Positions 29,735-40,536 are shown, counted from the first letter of the stretch. The stretch is DNA of 64,000 bases from Candidatus Bathyarchaeota archaeon (GCA_963811105.1 CAWEPZ010000011.1:256001-320000), one strand, 5' to 3'. Translations and numbers: made by a program. Notes: generated from the sequence alone by a model not told the origin.

Positions 29735-30082
29735 TTAGCATGGTTTGCATATTGCTTTCTTGTCCACCATTTCTACCATTTTCACAAGTCTTTTCTCGTC
29801 AATACTTTCTAAAGTAGGGATCTTTATGTGTCTCATTGTTTTGCCGCTTCCTTCAAACATACTTATCTCATCTTTGCTCAATCCAGTTACTGCAAAACCG
29901 ACATGAACACAACTCTTCAATGCTGAAAAATAGAATTTACCTGACGCAAACGTTACGACTCCCCAAGCCATTTTTTCTTCACAGTTTGGAAGCGTTTCCT
30001 GGAAGATTTTTCTTACTCGTTGCAGAATTTCTTTCTGAGGGGATTTTTGTTTTTCTACATAGGCATCCGCTTTTCTGTCCAT
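29735..30082 (-). CDS. DUF1801 (YdhG-like) protein
   Basis: AYVEKQ..PQKEIL..VR, EKMAWGV..F, HVGF, EGSGKTMRHIKI. Confidence 0.8.
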   Translation of the reverse strand: MDRKADAYVEKQKSPQKEILQRVRKIFQETLPNCEEKMAWGVVTFASGKFYFSALKSCVHVGFAVTGLSKDEISMFEGSGKTMRHIKIPTLESIDEKRLVKMVEMVDKKAICKPC

Positions 30083-30301
30083 TAAATTTCACTCCATAGA
30101 CTTGGTGATCTAACATAAGCAAACCTTTTTCTAATTAACACAAGATGTCTCCATCAATGCGTCGTTCAATACAGTTTCCTGCTTGGTTTGCCGGAGGGTG
30201 GAAGTCAAACCCAACTTAAGACGTTGCATAGTTAGTTCTATTATTGTATGTTACCTTTTCTAAAATAAAGAAGATATAGTAGTTTCAATCTAAAGTCTTC
30301 T

Positions 30302-31129
30302 ATGCAACTACTCTTCAAAGAAGCCATCCAAACCTGTTTTAACCCGTCAGAAGACGGATTAAGGAAGCTAATAGCATGGGTTGAAAACTCAAATTCAGTA
30401 AGAAACCCATCAAACCCAAACTTGGAAGCTTACCCAAACCAATGCGACAAAACTGAAGAATTAATCACATTTTACACTTTTGCACCTTTAGTGCTAAGCT
30501 TAAACAAGGTAGGTTTAGTCAACAGAATCCTGTCATTAGCCAAAGTAAGTGCATACGAAGAAAATGTCGTTGATGTTGCATTGGAAAGGCAATACAACCC
30601 ACCGAAAGGATACCTAAAATGGATAAAAGAAGACGCGAAAAACCATCCTATAAAATACATCAGGGAACAAGCGAATGAACATAAGCCAAATCAACGATTG
30701 GAGCCAAATACACAAATTGACGCTTTCATAGAAACTGACAAGTTGCTAATTTTCTTTGAAATCAAGTTCACCTCAGACATCGCTTGCGACACTGCCTTTA
30801 ACCCTTGCAGAAATCAGTTGGCAAGAATCATAGATGTCGGATTAGAAGTCAATGAACACAATGGCAAAGAAGTGCTTGTTATTCTATCGTCTCCACGTAG
30901 ATTTTTCGAGAAGAAATGCAGACTCTACTACTACAAGGTCAATGAATACATTGACCCAAAGAAGATAAAGGAAGACATAGAATGGAGAAGTTTTTCAACT
31001 ATTAGAGATAATGTCGTAGCGGTAAGGTGGATTGCTCTGGAAGACCTCATAAACGCACTCTACAAAAACTTTGAACATAAGGACAAAAAAGAAGCGTTAG
31101 TATTCTTCAAAGAGAGAAACTTAATTTGA
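30302..31129 (+). CDS. Putative PD-(D/E)xK restriction-endonuclease-fold protein
   Basis: EPNTQIDAFI...LIFFEIKFTSD...RNQLARIID resembles the D...ExK core plus Q helix. Confidence 0.6.
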   Translation: MQLLFKEAIQTCFNPSEDGLRKLIAWVENSNSVRNPSNPNLEAYPNQCDKTEELITFYTFAPLVLSLNKVGLVNRILSLAKVSAYEENVVDVALERQYNPPKGYLKWIKEDAKNHPIKYIREQANEHKPNQRLEPNTQIDAFIETDKLLIFFEIKFTSDIACDTAFNPCRNQLARIIDVGLEVNEHNGKEVLVILSSPRRFFEKKCRLYYYKVNEYIDPKKIKEDIEWRSFSTIRDNVVAVRWIALEDLINALYKNFEHKDKKEALVFFKERNLI

Positions 31130-31160
31130 AAAAAAGGAAATGATGAAGATTTCTGCAATT

Positions 31161-31181
31161 TATATGGGTTCAATTCCGATC
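31161..31181 (+). repeat. Copy of the tRNA-Cys T-arm region (att-like relic 3)
   Basis: TATATGGGTTCAATTCC is identical to 27458-27474 (17 bp); 20/21 match when extended. Confidence 0.75.
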
Positions 31182-31414
31182 TAACTGTCAATTAGCGTAA
31201 AGGCTCGACCTAAATCCAAAGCTATTTGCATTAAATCTTAATCTTTTTCCCCACATCTCACTAACTACTACTATCTACTTCGCTTACTACTACTCTCTCT
31301 CCTTTAGCACACACATGTCAAACAGACAAACACACAAACAAACAGACAGACAAAAATGAATAGAACAAGTCTTAAATCTGCAAGCACACAGAAAATAGGC
31401 AGGGTTATACGAAA

Positions 31415-32482
31415 ATGCCTTGGTTGATTGCAGATGGTATAAAGTACATTCCCTGGGTTGCAACTGATGAAGCAACATTTGAAGACTACTTTAAACAATA
31501 TTTTGAGAAGATCTTTGGAGAAAAATCAGTTTTATTTGAGAGGAAGAAACTGACATCGTTAGCTGGAGTATCTTCTATCCCTGATGGGTTTGTTGTGAGT
31601 TTTGAAACAAGAAGCTGGTTTATAGTTGAAGTAGAATTAGCTAGACACGACCCTAAAATCTATATTACTACTCAAATCAACGACTTTATGGCCTATATTC
31701 GTAACAAGAACAATAGGAATCTACTCATTGATGATTTCAATAAATTAATAAAAGATGACAAAATACTTTTAGCAAAAGTTAGAAATTGGCTGGGAGAAAC
31801 TGAGAATCACGAATTCTTATCAAAGGTTGTTCTTCGGGACCCAAAAATTGTCATAGTCATTGATGTTAAAACTGATCGACTAAATGAAGCCACGTGTATG
31901 TTTAAGCCATTGATTGTTGAGTTCAAGATTTTTGAGCGAGAAGGTATCGGGATTAAGGTTCATGCTGTTGAATTTGAGCCCTTGTTGGAACAAATTTCCG
32001 ATGGTGAATCAATTTTATCTACCGCTGGGGCAAGTCCGCCATACGAAGCTACACAGGTAAGAGGACAGCGTTATCTTAGTTTCTATCAGGAACTAGCAGG
32101 CAGATTGAAGGAAAAAGTGCCTTCAGCTGTCGCAGAACCAAGACCACTTTGCTATTGCAAGATTCAAAGTGCAATGGGAGGGGTTCATTTTGAATGGCTC
32201 TTCGGGGGGAATCCTAGATCAAGACTTGGCGTTGAATTGCATTTTGCGAGCGCACGCGCCGCTAACCTGAAATTAATTAGAGAATTTGAAAAATACAAAG
32301 AAGAAATAGAGAAAGTAACAGGAGAAAAAGTGATCTTCCAAGAAAACTGGAAATCACTTTCTTCACGACTGTACCTTGAAAAGAAAGATGGAACCATGAG
32401 TGAAGAGTTGAAGATATGGGCTGTAGAAAAGATGGCTTTGCTTTACAGTCTCGTTCAGCCCAAACTTGAAGCTTTGAAATAA
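31415..32482 (+). CDS. Putative nuclease: N-terminal PD-(D/E)xK/EndoNucS-like domain plus C-terminal DUF4268-like domain
   Basis: E..FE, IPDGF...FIVEVEL..H; C-terminal YLSFYQEL...HFEW...LGVELHF...KEEIE...W...SRLY...WAVEKM. Confidence 0.6.
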   Translation: MPWLIADGIKYIPWVATDEATFEDYFKQYFEKIFGEKSVLFERKKLTSLAGVSSIPDGFVVSFETRSWFIVEVELARHDPKIYITTQINDFMAYIRNKNNRNLLIDDFNKLIKDDKILLAKVRNWLGETENHEFLSKVVLRDPKIVIVIDVKTDRLNEATCMFKPLIVEFKIFEREGIGIKVHAVEFEPLLEQISDGESILSTAGASPPYEATQVRGQRYLSFYQELAGRLKEKVPSAVAEPRPLCYCKIQSAMGGVHFEWLFGGNPRSRLGVELHFASARAANLKLIREFEKYKEEIEKVTGEKVIFQENWKSLSSRLYLEKKDGTMSEELKIWAVEKMALLYSLVQPKLEALK

Positions 32483-33150
32483 TGGTAATCGAGTGCTATT
32501 AACCAAGTTATTTTTGGATTGGGTGGGTTGGATTAAATTTTGATCTTTCTCTCTCACTCTCTCGAACTCAAACGCATATGACTATGTCTACTCTCACCCA
32601 CGCACCCGCGTGCCTATTGTCTGTCTCCACATCCGTTAGTCTGCCTGCCTGTCACTCTGTCTTTTAGTCTGTTTCTCTGCCAGCATCACAGAAAGAAAAA
32701 ATTTTTCAACGTTAAAGAGAGCCTTTGAATAACTCAAACCCCAAATCCCAAATTAACTTGAAAACGCTATTTTAATTCGCCTATTCTTGTTTCATTTCTT
32801 GCCTTTCTGTAAGCATCAATCAGAAACTTTGCAAGTCTATGCTGATCCTCGTCAGAACCTATGCAGGCATAGTTAAGGAAGTTAAGGACTTTTTCTTCTG
32901 AGTCATTGCTTTAGATACTAACATAGGTAGAACATGCTTTCTCCAGCTGTGATAAAGCCGCATTGACTTGGACGAGTCTCAAAAAAACTGTTTTGCAATT
33001 TTCAGAATTATATCTTTATTCTCTTCAAGTGAATTTTCAAGTTGACTAAATATTTTCGATTCCAACATATTTTATCTAATCTACTGAACGCTCAATGAAC
33101 CATTTTTCTGAAGAAAGCTTAAGCTTTTCCATCCCTGCAATTTTCTTATC

Positions 33151-33390
33151 TTAATACTTCATTAACTCGCCAGATTGTGCAAAAGAAATCAATGATACTT
33201 TGTCGATTAGAACCGTCTCAGGATTACCTCTTATTTCTTCCGGAATTGATTTTTCGTACTCTCTTAACGAATTACTAATTGAGACAAATTCAGCATCCGC
33301 AATCTCTAAAAGACTAGCGAGAATTTGACCGTCGATGCCTTTGGCTTTGCCATGCCCATCAACTAAGCAGTCCATGTCGCCAAAATTCAA
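33151..33390 (-). pseudogene. Fragment of an unidentified, apparently frameshifted gene
   Basis: Protein-like ORF with coding-like but interrupted sequence on both sides (about 32770-33780). Confidence 0.3.
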
Positions 33391-33790
33391 ACCCCGTCTG
33401 CTTCTACTCCCTTAATAATAGTGGTTCGGCTGTTGCCCTTGCCTTCCCACAGATTTTCATCAATTGCCATTCGTTTTCAACTCTCTCAAGAATTCGCACA
33501 TTAAAAACTTTGAAAATCAATGTTCTCAAACTGGATCTACAATTTATCTCTGTCTGACTATGTCCCGACTCAACCATGGATTTAACATTTACCTTTCTTC
33601 GTCATGCATTTCATGAGGGCAAAGCAGTATGATGATAGTAGCTCTTGGCTTTTTACTGAGGAAATGCAAATCTGAAGGTTGACTCAGAGCGTTAGCCGCA
33701 TGTATGGTAAAACTCTCTGAAGTGGACCTTCCAAGTTTGACTCCCCAACGGTCATCCGATCAAATAGCTTTGTCATTTTTCCACTGAACT

Positions 33791-34027
33791 CTATGTTAGA
33801 GAGCAAATCATCAAGTGATCTTTAACATGATCTATTCTTAGTTTATGGCTCGTTATATAATCTTCCAATTGATTGGAGCATGATCCACTAGTTAAAGTTT
33901 CATCAGCTATAACTATGTAGCCGCCTGTTGCAGTATTCCAAATACCCCACTCAAAAAATCCTTTGAATATTTTTGGATGACCTTTTGGGAACTTCTTGGA
34001 GAATTCTATTGCTTCAGAGAAGATCAT
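33791..34027 (-). CDS. Hypothetical protein
   Basis: ATG-started 78-aa ORF co-oriented with the wHTH gene. Confidence 0.5.
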   Translation of the reverse strand: MIFSEAIEFSKKFPKGHPKIFKGFFEWGIWNTATGGYIVIADETLTSGSCSNQLEDYITSHKLRIDHVKDHLMICSLT

Positions 34028-34107
34028 TGGTATTGCTCCTTAACACGTAAAAAAACTACTATTTTAGAAGAGAAAGCTGGAAAACAGTACGACTATGAGT
34101 TTCTATA

Positions 34108-34389
34108 TCAAATTGTTTTCGGGGACTGTTCATTAACCTCGCGAGCATCTGTAAATACATTGAAAAACTTCAGCACAGCAACTCCTCGTTCGGTGACTAA
34201 AGAAATTACATTATCTTCGGGAATGATTCTTTCTTCAGCAAAGCCTTCTTTGATTAAGAAACCCAAGTATTCATGAAGCACATCGCAATCGACATTGGCC
34301 TTACACATTAAATGTGTCAGCTTTAACGGGCCTTCGTTTGCTAGAACCTTTAGTATATCTACGTACATTTCAAGTCTGCTGTGTTCCAT
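34108..34389 (-). CDS. Winged-helix transcription regulator (HTH_45/COG3432-like)
   Basis: SRLEMYVDILKVL...PLKLTHLMCKAN...YL.FLI..G....VTERG. Confidence 0.8.
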   Translation of the reverse strand: MEHSRLEMYVDILKVLANEGPLKLTHLMCKANVDCDVLHEYLGFLIKEGFAEERIIPEDNVISLVTERGVAVLKFFNVFTDAREVNEQSPKTI

Positions 34390-34928
34390 AGTAGTCTCTT
34401 AATATTCCGTAAGAATACTTATAAACTTTTGCATTTTCACCATTGCTTAATTCAAGCAATTCTTCCTTTTATTGACAAAAATACAATTTTTAACATAAAA
34501 TGAATTAAATTGCATGTAATTGAAGGTAATTGTTGTATACCAACAGACATAGAGAAACACTAAAGTTACCATAATTGTAGCTTTTTGTAACCTGGTTAAA
34601 ACATGTTTCTATTTTAAGCTTCTTACTCACCTGTACTGTGAAACTGAAGATGTTGAGCATATTCAAGCTCACGATTTTTAATTCAATAGCCATCTGTCTT
34701 AAATTCGCAAAAACTAAGATTCGGCGTCGCAATCAAATTATTAAAAATGTAAGTGGCGTTTGTTACATTCAGTTCGGACTTTTTTGTTGAATTTGGTTGT
34801 CTTCACAACCTAGAATTTGTGAATTAAAGGCGAAATTTTTTTAAACAGTAATTAGAAAGAATTGTTCTCTTAGGCTAATCGTCGATGATAACTAACGCTT
34901 ATATATTAAGATTTACTCAATTAATTGG

Positions 34929-35717
34929 GTGATTCTCTTGGATTATTTGTCACCGCTAAGATCCGAACTTAAGCTTAAAATTTTGTTAAGCCTCTTAAAT
35001 GGGGATAGAAAAATAGCTGAGCTCAAGTCTGATGTTGAGTCCAGAGATACAACTATTCTTCATATTCTTGAAGAATTTGGTGATCTTAATCTGACGACCA
35101 AGACCCAAGGAATCTACAAACTGACATCACTTGGCATTATTGAGGCAAAAGTTTTTAAGGAATACATTTCAACTGCCGAAGTTATTGAAAAGTTTAAGGA
35201 TTTTTGGTTGAGTCATAATGTGAATGATATACCACCGCATTTTCTTCAAAATATGGGAGCATTAAAAGATTCGCAATTAGTTCGGACTGAAGCATCAGAA
35301 CTGGGCATCGTTCACAAAACATTCATAGAAAATCTAAAAATGGCCAAAAGGATTAGAGGAATTTCTCCTATATTCCATCCCGACTTCATATCATTATTTG
35401 AACAATTACTCAATCAAGGATGTATAATTGAGCTAATAGTCAATAGTGATGTTTTCAACAAGATTGCGGGTTTTGTCGATCTGGAGTCGGCAAAGAAATA
35501 CTTGATAGAAAACAAGTTAAAGATTTTTCTAAAAGACGATTTGAAAATCGCTCTTGCTTTGACTGAACACAGTTTTTCACTTGGCCTTTTTGCTTCGTCC
35601 GGAATGTACGATGATAGTATGGACTTGTTGTCAGAGAGCGCCGAAGCAATCGAATGGGGCGAACAATTTTTCGAAGAAGTTGCTAAAGGCAGCACAAGAA
35701 TTGGGCTAGATTTGTAA
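34929..35717 (+). CDS. wHTH plus DUF1724 (FilR1-like) transcription regulator
   Basis: SELKLKILLSL, YKLTSLG, FW..H....IP, GISPIFHP, SLGLF...G.YD, AIEWGEQFF. Confidence 0.8.
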   Translation: MILLDYLSPLRSELKLKILLSLLNGDRKIAELKSDVESRDTTILHILEEFGDLNLTTKTQGIYKLTSLGIIEAKVFKEYISTAEVIEKFKDFWLSHNVNDIPPHFLQNMGALKDSQLVRTEASELGIVHKTFIENLKMAKRIRGISPIFHPDFISLFEQLLNQGCIIELIVNSDVFNKIAGFVDLESAKKYLIENKLKIFLKDDLKIALALTEHSFSLGLFASSGMYDDSMDLLSESAEAIEWGEQFFEEVAKGSTRIGLDL

Positions 35718-35897
35718 TCTAAACAACCATACTTACTTACAACCTTGCTTACTTTTTTGAAATTGAATTTTTCTTAGTGTTTTTGGGATTTTCCTGTTGT
35801 TATTGATAACGAGAAAGCACCAATTTTTTAGTATGAATTAGTAATTCATAAGTTTCATTACTTCTCCCGATCCGTATTTGTCAGGAGAGAAGCCTGA

Positions 35898-36812
35898 GTG
35901 AAAGATCAAAACTTTCACATTGAATCCATAAAAATCCAGAATTTGAATCCCGGAAATCTTATTTCAAAAGAAACATATTTCCCAATATTCAAAGTTCTAA
36001 GGTTCATAACTTCTTCTTCGCTACTCTTAGCTTCAAATGGTGTGATGGTTGTTGTCTTTGCGTTCTTTTTGTACAGCTTCCAAATTGTGCCTGGTTTACT
36101 TTTGGCATCGTTTCTTGTTACGTTCGCTGTCTATGGTTTGAACAAGGTAACGGATAAAGCTGAAGATTCAATTAATCGACCTGAAACTTTGCCAAAGGCT
36201 TCAGGTTTTTTTTTGGCTCTCTCGATAGCCTCGATGCTAATTGGTTTCTTTATAGGTATATTCGAAGGAATCTTGGCTTTTCTTGTTCTTTTTGCTCCTG
36301 TGATAATTGGTGTAATTTACAGTGTAAGAATTTCGAAATCAATTCCTCGGCTTAAAGAGATTGTAGGTGTAAAAAGTCTAGTAGTTGCAGTAAGTTGGGC
36401 TTTAACTGGCTGCCTTTTACCTGATTCAATTGGTGCTGCGAAACTCCAAGTAAGCATTATTGTTTTTATCTATATTTTTATTCGCGTGTTCGTTGGCACG
36501 ATCCTTTGCGATGTCTTGGATAAGAAAGGAGATTTGGCTTCCGGAGTAGAAACAATCCCCATAAGACTGGGAAGAAGCAAAACCAAAAAACTCTTGCTAC
36601 TCATAAACAGCTTTGAAGTTCTTTTGTTGATCTATTGCGTAGCAACTGGAATACTAATTCAATTCGTACCGGCGTTATTATTTGGAGTCTTATATGGATA
36701 CTTTGCTATTTGGTTTTTCTTCAAAAACAGCAACAAGAGAGTTACTGCGGGATTAATATTAGATACTGAATGGTTTCCCATGGTGATTATCGTTTGCTTA
36801 CTAATCAGATAA
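35898..36812 (+). CDS. UbiA-family prenyltransferase
   Basis: NKVTDKAEDSINRP and DVLDKKGD...GVETIP Asp-rich motifs; multi-TM. Confidence 0.85.
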   Translation: MKDQNFHIESIKIQNLNPGNLISKETYFPIFKVLRFITSSSLLLASNGVMVVVFAFFLYSFQIVPGLLLASFLVTFAVYGLNKVTDKAEDSINRPETLPKASGFFLALSIASMLIGFFIGIFEGILAFLVLFAPVIIGVIYSVRISKSIPRLKEIVGVKSLVVAVSWALTGCLLPDSIGAAKLQVSIIVFIYIFIRVFVGTILCDVLDKKGDLASGVETIPIRLGRSKTKKLLLLINSFEVLLLIYCVATGILIQFVPALLFGVLYGYFAIWFFFKNSNKRVTAGLILDTEWFPMVIIVCLLIR

Positions 36813-37047
36813 CGGATTCAATCATTCACTGCAATTTCCCTTAGAATCGCTGTCATTTCGCTTAACAAAGAGAATGAACTACATTAAATTGTTTTAAAAA
36901 AGAGCCAAATCTATCTCAGAAATGAATGGATTTGACGTCAAGTACCTTTGTTCGCGACAACACTTGCGTTTATCTTCAGGGCTCTCCCTGTCTAGCGCCT
37001 TCTCCTCTTTGAGTGCCAGATTTAATTCGACTCACCTTTTTGGTTCC

Positions 37048-37238
37048 TTATCCTTCAGATTGGTTTGCTCTACTAAAAACCTACGCGATTAGGGCATCTC
37101 GAAGACTTCGATTTCCTCTGACCGTTCAAGATCTTTCGAATTCTATGCATAAATCGCTACATGAATGTCTATCGCATTGCCCATAGTCTCTATATCAGGC
37201 ACAAATACTATTTCCGCTCCGCACTCACATTTAATTAT
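37048..37238 (-). pseudogene. Degraded paralogue of the CxC...H small protein at 54463
   Basis: IIKCECGAEIVFVPDIETMGNAIDIHVAIYA*, then a frameshift to LRDALIA*VF; compare IKCYCGTKIRVVPNIKVMSKAIEDHV...ICDDLIAQMF. Confidence 0.65.
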
Positions 37239-37742
37239 GTCCCGCTGTTGATTGGAACGACGCCGTATACTGTACGGGCATAAAAGCTTCCGACCTTTTG
37301 GAAAAACGAAGAATAACTATGGAAAAAATAAGTGAGAAATGCACCATTGACTTTCTTCAACTTATTTTGATTTTCTCAACATATTTTAACTCTTCTTGAC
37401 TTTTTTGACTAAACCTGCAATCAAACACAACCGAAGAACAACCCAAAACACAAAGAAAAAAATTTTTACCAAAAACCCGTCAACAAGGTTAAAACAGCAA
37501 AATTAATTCACCCCCATGGTGAAATGAGAAATCTAGCACCACAGCATCACCAACAAAAAACAAATAGAAAGAACGAAGGAGATTGAATCTATAGAATCAA
37601 TATCAGAGCTACTAACTCCACAACAACTGCTACAGTCAGGATTCTGTTTAATCGCTCTATTCTTTTAACCGTTTGTTCAAGATGGCTATCCATTTCTTTA
37701 CCGCCTCCATTAAGCTATCTTTCTTCTCTTGCCTAGTATAGT

Positions 37743-38006
37743 CTACAGAAAATATATCACCAATAGTGCGACAACGATGGCAGCTCCAAGACCAGCTGCC
37801 GCATAACCTAACTGTTCAGATCGCCTCAACGCTTTTTCTAAACGCGCAGACATATCGTTGCTGCTGACGGTGCTAGGCCAAACAGAGGCAGAGTTCATTG
37901 TTGTTTGGGAGTTTAACATGGCTCCGCAGTTCCCACAGCTAACTGCCCCCTTTATAGCCATTGCATGGCATTGTGGACAAGTTGACATTTCAATTCTTCT
38001 CTCCAT
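37743..38006 (-). CDS. Zinc-ribbon membrane protein
   Basis: CPQC...CGNCG plus C-terminal TM helix. Confidence 0.7.
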   Translation of the reverse strand: MERRIEMSTCPQCHAMAIKGAVSCGNCGAMLNSQTTMNSASVWPSTVSSNDMSARLEKALRRSEQLGYAAAGLGAAIVVALLVIYFL

Positions 38007-38191
38007 AATATGCAGAGAACGAACAGAAATTATCTATAAAAACTTTCTACCATCAAACAAACCTCTCCAATTTCCATTTAGGCGACCGAAAAACCTCCAT
38101 GCTATAGTTTTTGAGTTTTACACAAAGGATAAATCGTTAATCAAACAAGTCCTCAACCATTAGATCCGCTGCAATCATATGGAGAAAACCA

Positions 38192-39142
38192 ATGAAGCTA
38201 CTGCTAACCAAAAAAACGGCAATCACCCTAGTTATCATCCTAGCAGTTCTGCTGAACCTGAGTATTCTTCTGATAGCTTATCCTGAAACGTTTAAACCCC
38301 AATCGGCCACACTTGCACGAGATTTCTCAGCATACTACACTGGAGAATGGCGATTATTCCACAATCCAACCAAAATTTACTCCGACGCCGTTCAGGCGGG
38401 CGATTATCAGATTCTTCCAACGCCACAGCCATTCAAGTACACGCCATCTTTTCTGATACTTTTTGCACCTTTCCTAACACTAAACTATCAGAACGCGCTA
38501 AACTCCTTCGACATAATACAATTTCTCTCAATGATACCATTAGCCTTCTTTGTCTACAAACTTGTCAAAGACAAGAACCTCTTTCTCGCCGTCACAGTGG
38601 CAATTATTATTATAGTTGACCCAATACTTTACGCACCTTCAATAGGCTACAGTACCACTCAATTTCTCCACACTCGCATGTTAAGCTTGCATTACCAGAC
38701 ATTGTCACCAAGCTACTACTGCGGATACGTTTTAGCAAATGCCCACATCCTACAAACAACTATTCTAGTAGGCGCCCTCTATTTTGGATTCGCCAAAAAA
38801 CCATGGCTCTCAGCACTATTTTTCGCCTTTGGAGTGTTCGACCCACGAAGCGCACTTTTCGCATTGCCTTTGCTTCTGTGGTACAATCGGCACACGATCT
38901 GGAAATTCATTGCGGGTTCAGCAGGGTTTCTTGCAGCAACTAATCTCCCATTCTTCTTTTATTATGGGATAGGCTTTACTTTTTTGCAGACAGAAACTCA
39001 TGTCTCAGTTGTCTCACAAATGTATCTGTACGATTGGATTCCGCTTTATGCAATCGCCGCAATAGCTATCGCGGAAATAGTAACGGGGTTGTTGAATCGT
39101 AACATTCGTTTTAATTTTTCGAGGCTTAAATTGAGAAATTAA
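38192..39142 (+). CDS. GT-C fold membrane glycosyltransferase (GT87/DUF2029-like)
   Basis: N-terminal TM, RDFSAYY, PFKYTPSFLILFAPF, multi-TM. Confidence 0.7.
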   Translation: MKLLLTKKTAITLVIILAVLLNLSILLIAYPETFKPQSATLARDFSAYYTGEWRLFHNPTKIYSDAVQAGDYQILPTPQPFKYTPSFLILFAPFLTLNYQNALNSFDIIQFLSMIPLAFFVYKLVKDKNLFLAVTVAIIIIVDPILYAPSIGYSTTQFLHTRMLSLHYQTLSPSYYCGYVLANAHILQTTILVGALYFGFAKKPWLSALFFAFGVFDPRSALFALPLLLWYNRHTIWKFIAGSAGFLAATNLPFFFYYGIGFTFLQTETHVSVVSQMYLYDWIPLYAIAAIAIAEIVTGLLNRNIRFNFSRLKLRN

Positions 39143-39379
39143 GAAAATTAATAGTTTGAGTCATCGAGGTTGCAGATAACTACGATTGTAGACAAAATAC
39201 CGATAAGCAAGTAAAATGGTTATATTCTAATATTAGAATGTATTTAATGGTTGGTTTTGTGAAAGTCGCTATCAATAAAACATCATCACTAACGATCGTT
39301 TCAAAACTGTTTCACGAGTTCACGACTGTTTCAGCCAACTATCATATCAATCGAATATCATAATATCAACAAATGCGAA

Positions 39380-39830
39380 ATGAACGAAAAACTGGAAAAT
39401 AATAACAATCGTTGGCATTGCGGTGGTTTTAGCTGCATTGTTAACCACAACAGTATTCGCCCTGGGGATGATGGGAGGCCCATACGGCGGCTATGGCGGA
39501 ATGATGGGAGGAGGCTACGGATCCGGCTATGGATACAACAGCCCACTATACACAACAGGACCTATCGCTAAACACCTTCAACGCAATATTACCAGGCTGT
39601 TTACCCCTTCATGTTTGGAGGCGGAATGATGGGCAGATTAGGAAATGGCTACGGCTTTGGCGGAATGATGCGAAGTTACGGATACACGCACCCTACACAT
39701 ACAACGGAACGCCATTAGGCGTTAACACCGCAACAACAATAGCCAAAAACTAAGTAGCATCAATCGGCAATTCCGACTTGGCCGTTAAGCAAATTGAAGA
39801 ATACTCCGCAAACTTCTATGTACAAGTTAG
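39380..39830 (+). pseudogene. Frameshifted, truncated Gly/Met/Tyr-rich exported protein
   Basis: Fragments in three frames: signal peptide, GMMGGPYGGYGGMMGG, GGMMG.., TTIAKN*VASIGNSDLAVKQIEEYSANFYVQV. Confidence 0.6.
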
Positions 39831-39903
39831 TTTTGTCCCAATGCCGAATTTTACTATAAATTTGAAATTCATGTTCTTAGCTAACAATAAGACTGGTGCC
39901 TCA

Positions 39904-40019
39904 AAACCAACCACTTAACAGTACACAACTAAGTATAGTCATATTGCTAACGAGGGAAAAGAAACCAACCACTTAACAGTGCACAACTAAGTATAGTCAT
40001 ATTGCTAATGAAGGACAAG
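39904..40019 (+). repeat. Tandem duplication, 2 x 58 bp
   Basis: 39904-39961 and 39962-40019 match at 54/58 positions. Confidence 0.9.
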
Positions 40020-40230
40020 AAAATCATTTTGCAACAGCATTGCTTTTCATTTGAAATATTTGTTATTGAATACTATAATCATCTAATGCATATTGTTCTA
40101 TAATAATTATTATTTAATTCATAATCTTTATAAGCCCGATCACCAGGATGATGCTCGGAGAAGAACCGTGCTAACGCCAGAAATATTAGAGCGTGTTAAT
40201 AGAAGTGCGCTTCAAAAAAAAAGACAATGT

Positions 40231-40536
40231 ATGAGAAGATCTAAACTGGAAACGTATATAGATATTCTGAAGGTCCTGGTTCACTGGGGTCCCTTAAAGC
40301 TAACACACGTCATGTACAAAGCTAACCTTAACTGCAGCGTGCTGGAGGAGTACCTTGACCTATTGATTAAGCAGGGATTAGTTGAGATGAAAATCATTAG
40401 TAAAGAAAGAAAAATATACGCGATCACCCAACGCGGCATTACAGTTCTCAAGCAATTCAGAGAACTCACAGAAGTACTTCCCATAATCGAAGAAACAGGA
40501 AACGAAGCAAAATACCGAAAACCCTATCTGTTCTAA
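40231..40536 (+). CDS. Winged-helix transcription regulator (HTH_45/COG3432-like)
   Basis: MRRSKLETYIDILKVL...PLKLTHVMYKANLN...YAITQRG; start at ATG 40231. Confidence 0.85.
   Translation: MRRSKLETYIDILKVLVHWGPLKLTHVMYKANLNCSVLEEYLDLLIKQGLVEMKIISKERKIYAITQRGITVLKQFRELTEVLPIIEETGNEAKYRKPYLF

Noticed and set aside
39904-40019. 58-bp repeat as a CRISPR array or DGR template/variable pair
   Set aside because: Only two abutting units with no spacer, the differences are not confined to adenines, and no cas or reverse transcriptase gene was recognised in the window.
40093-40230. N-terminal extension of the wHTH ORF as given in the track
   Set aside because: It overlaps the probable TATA box, and family similarity starts at MRRSKLE (40231).
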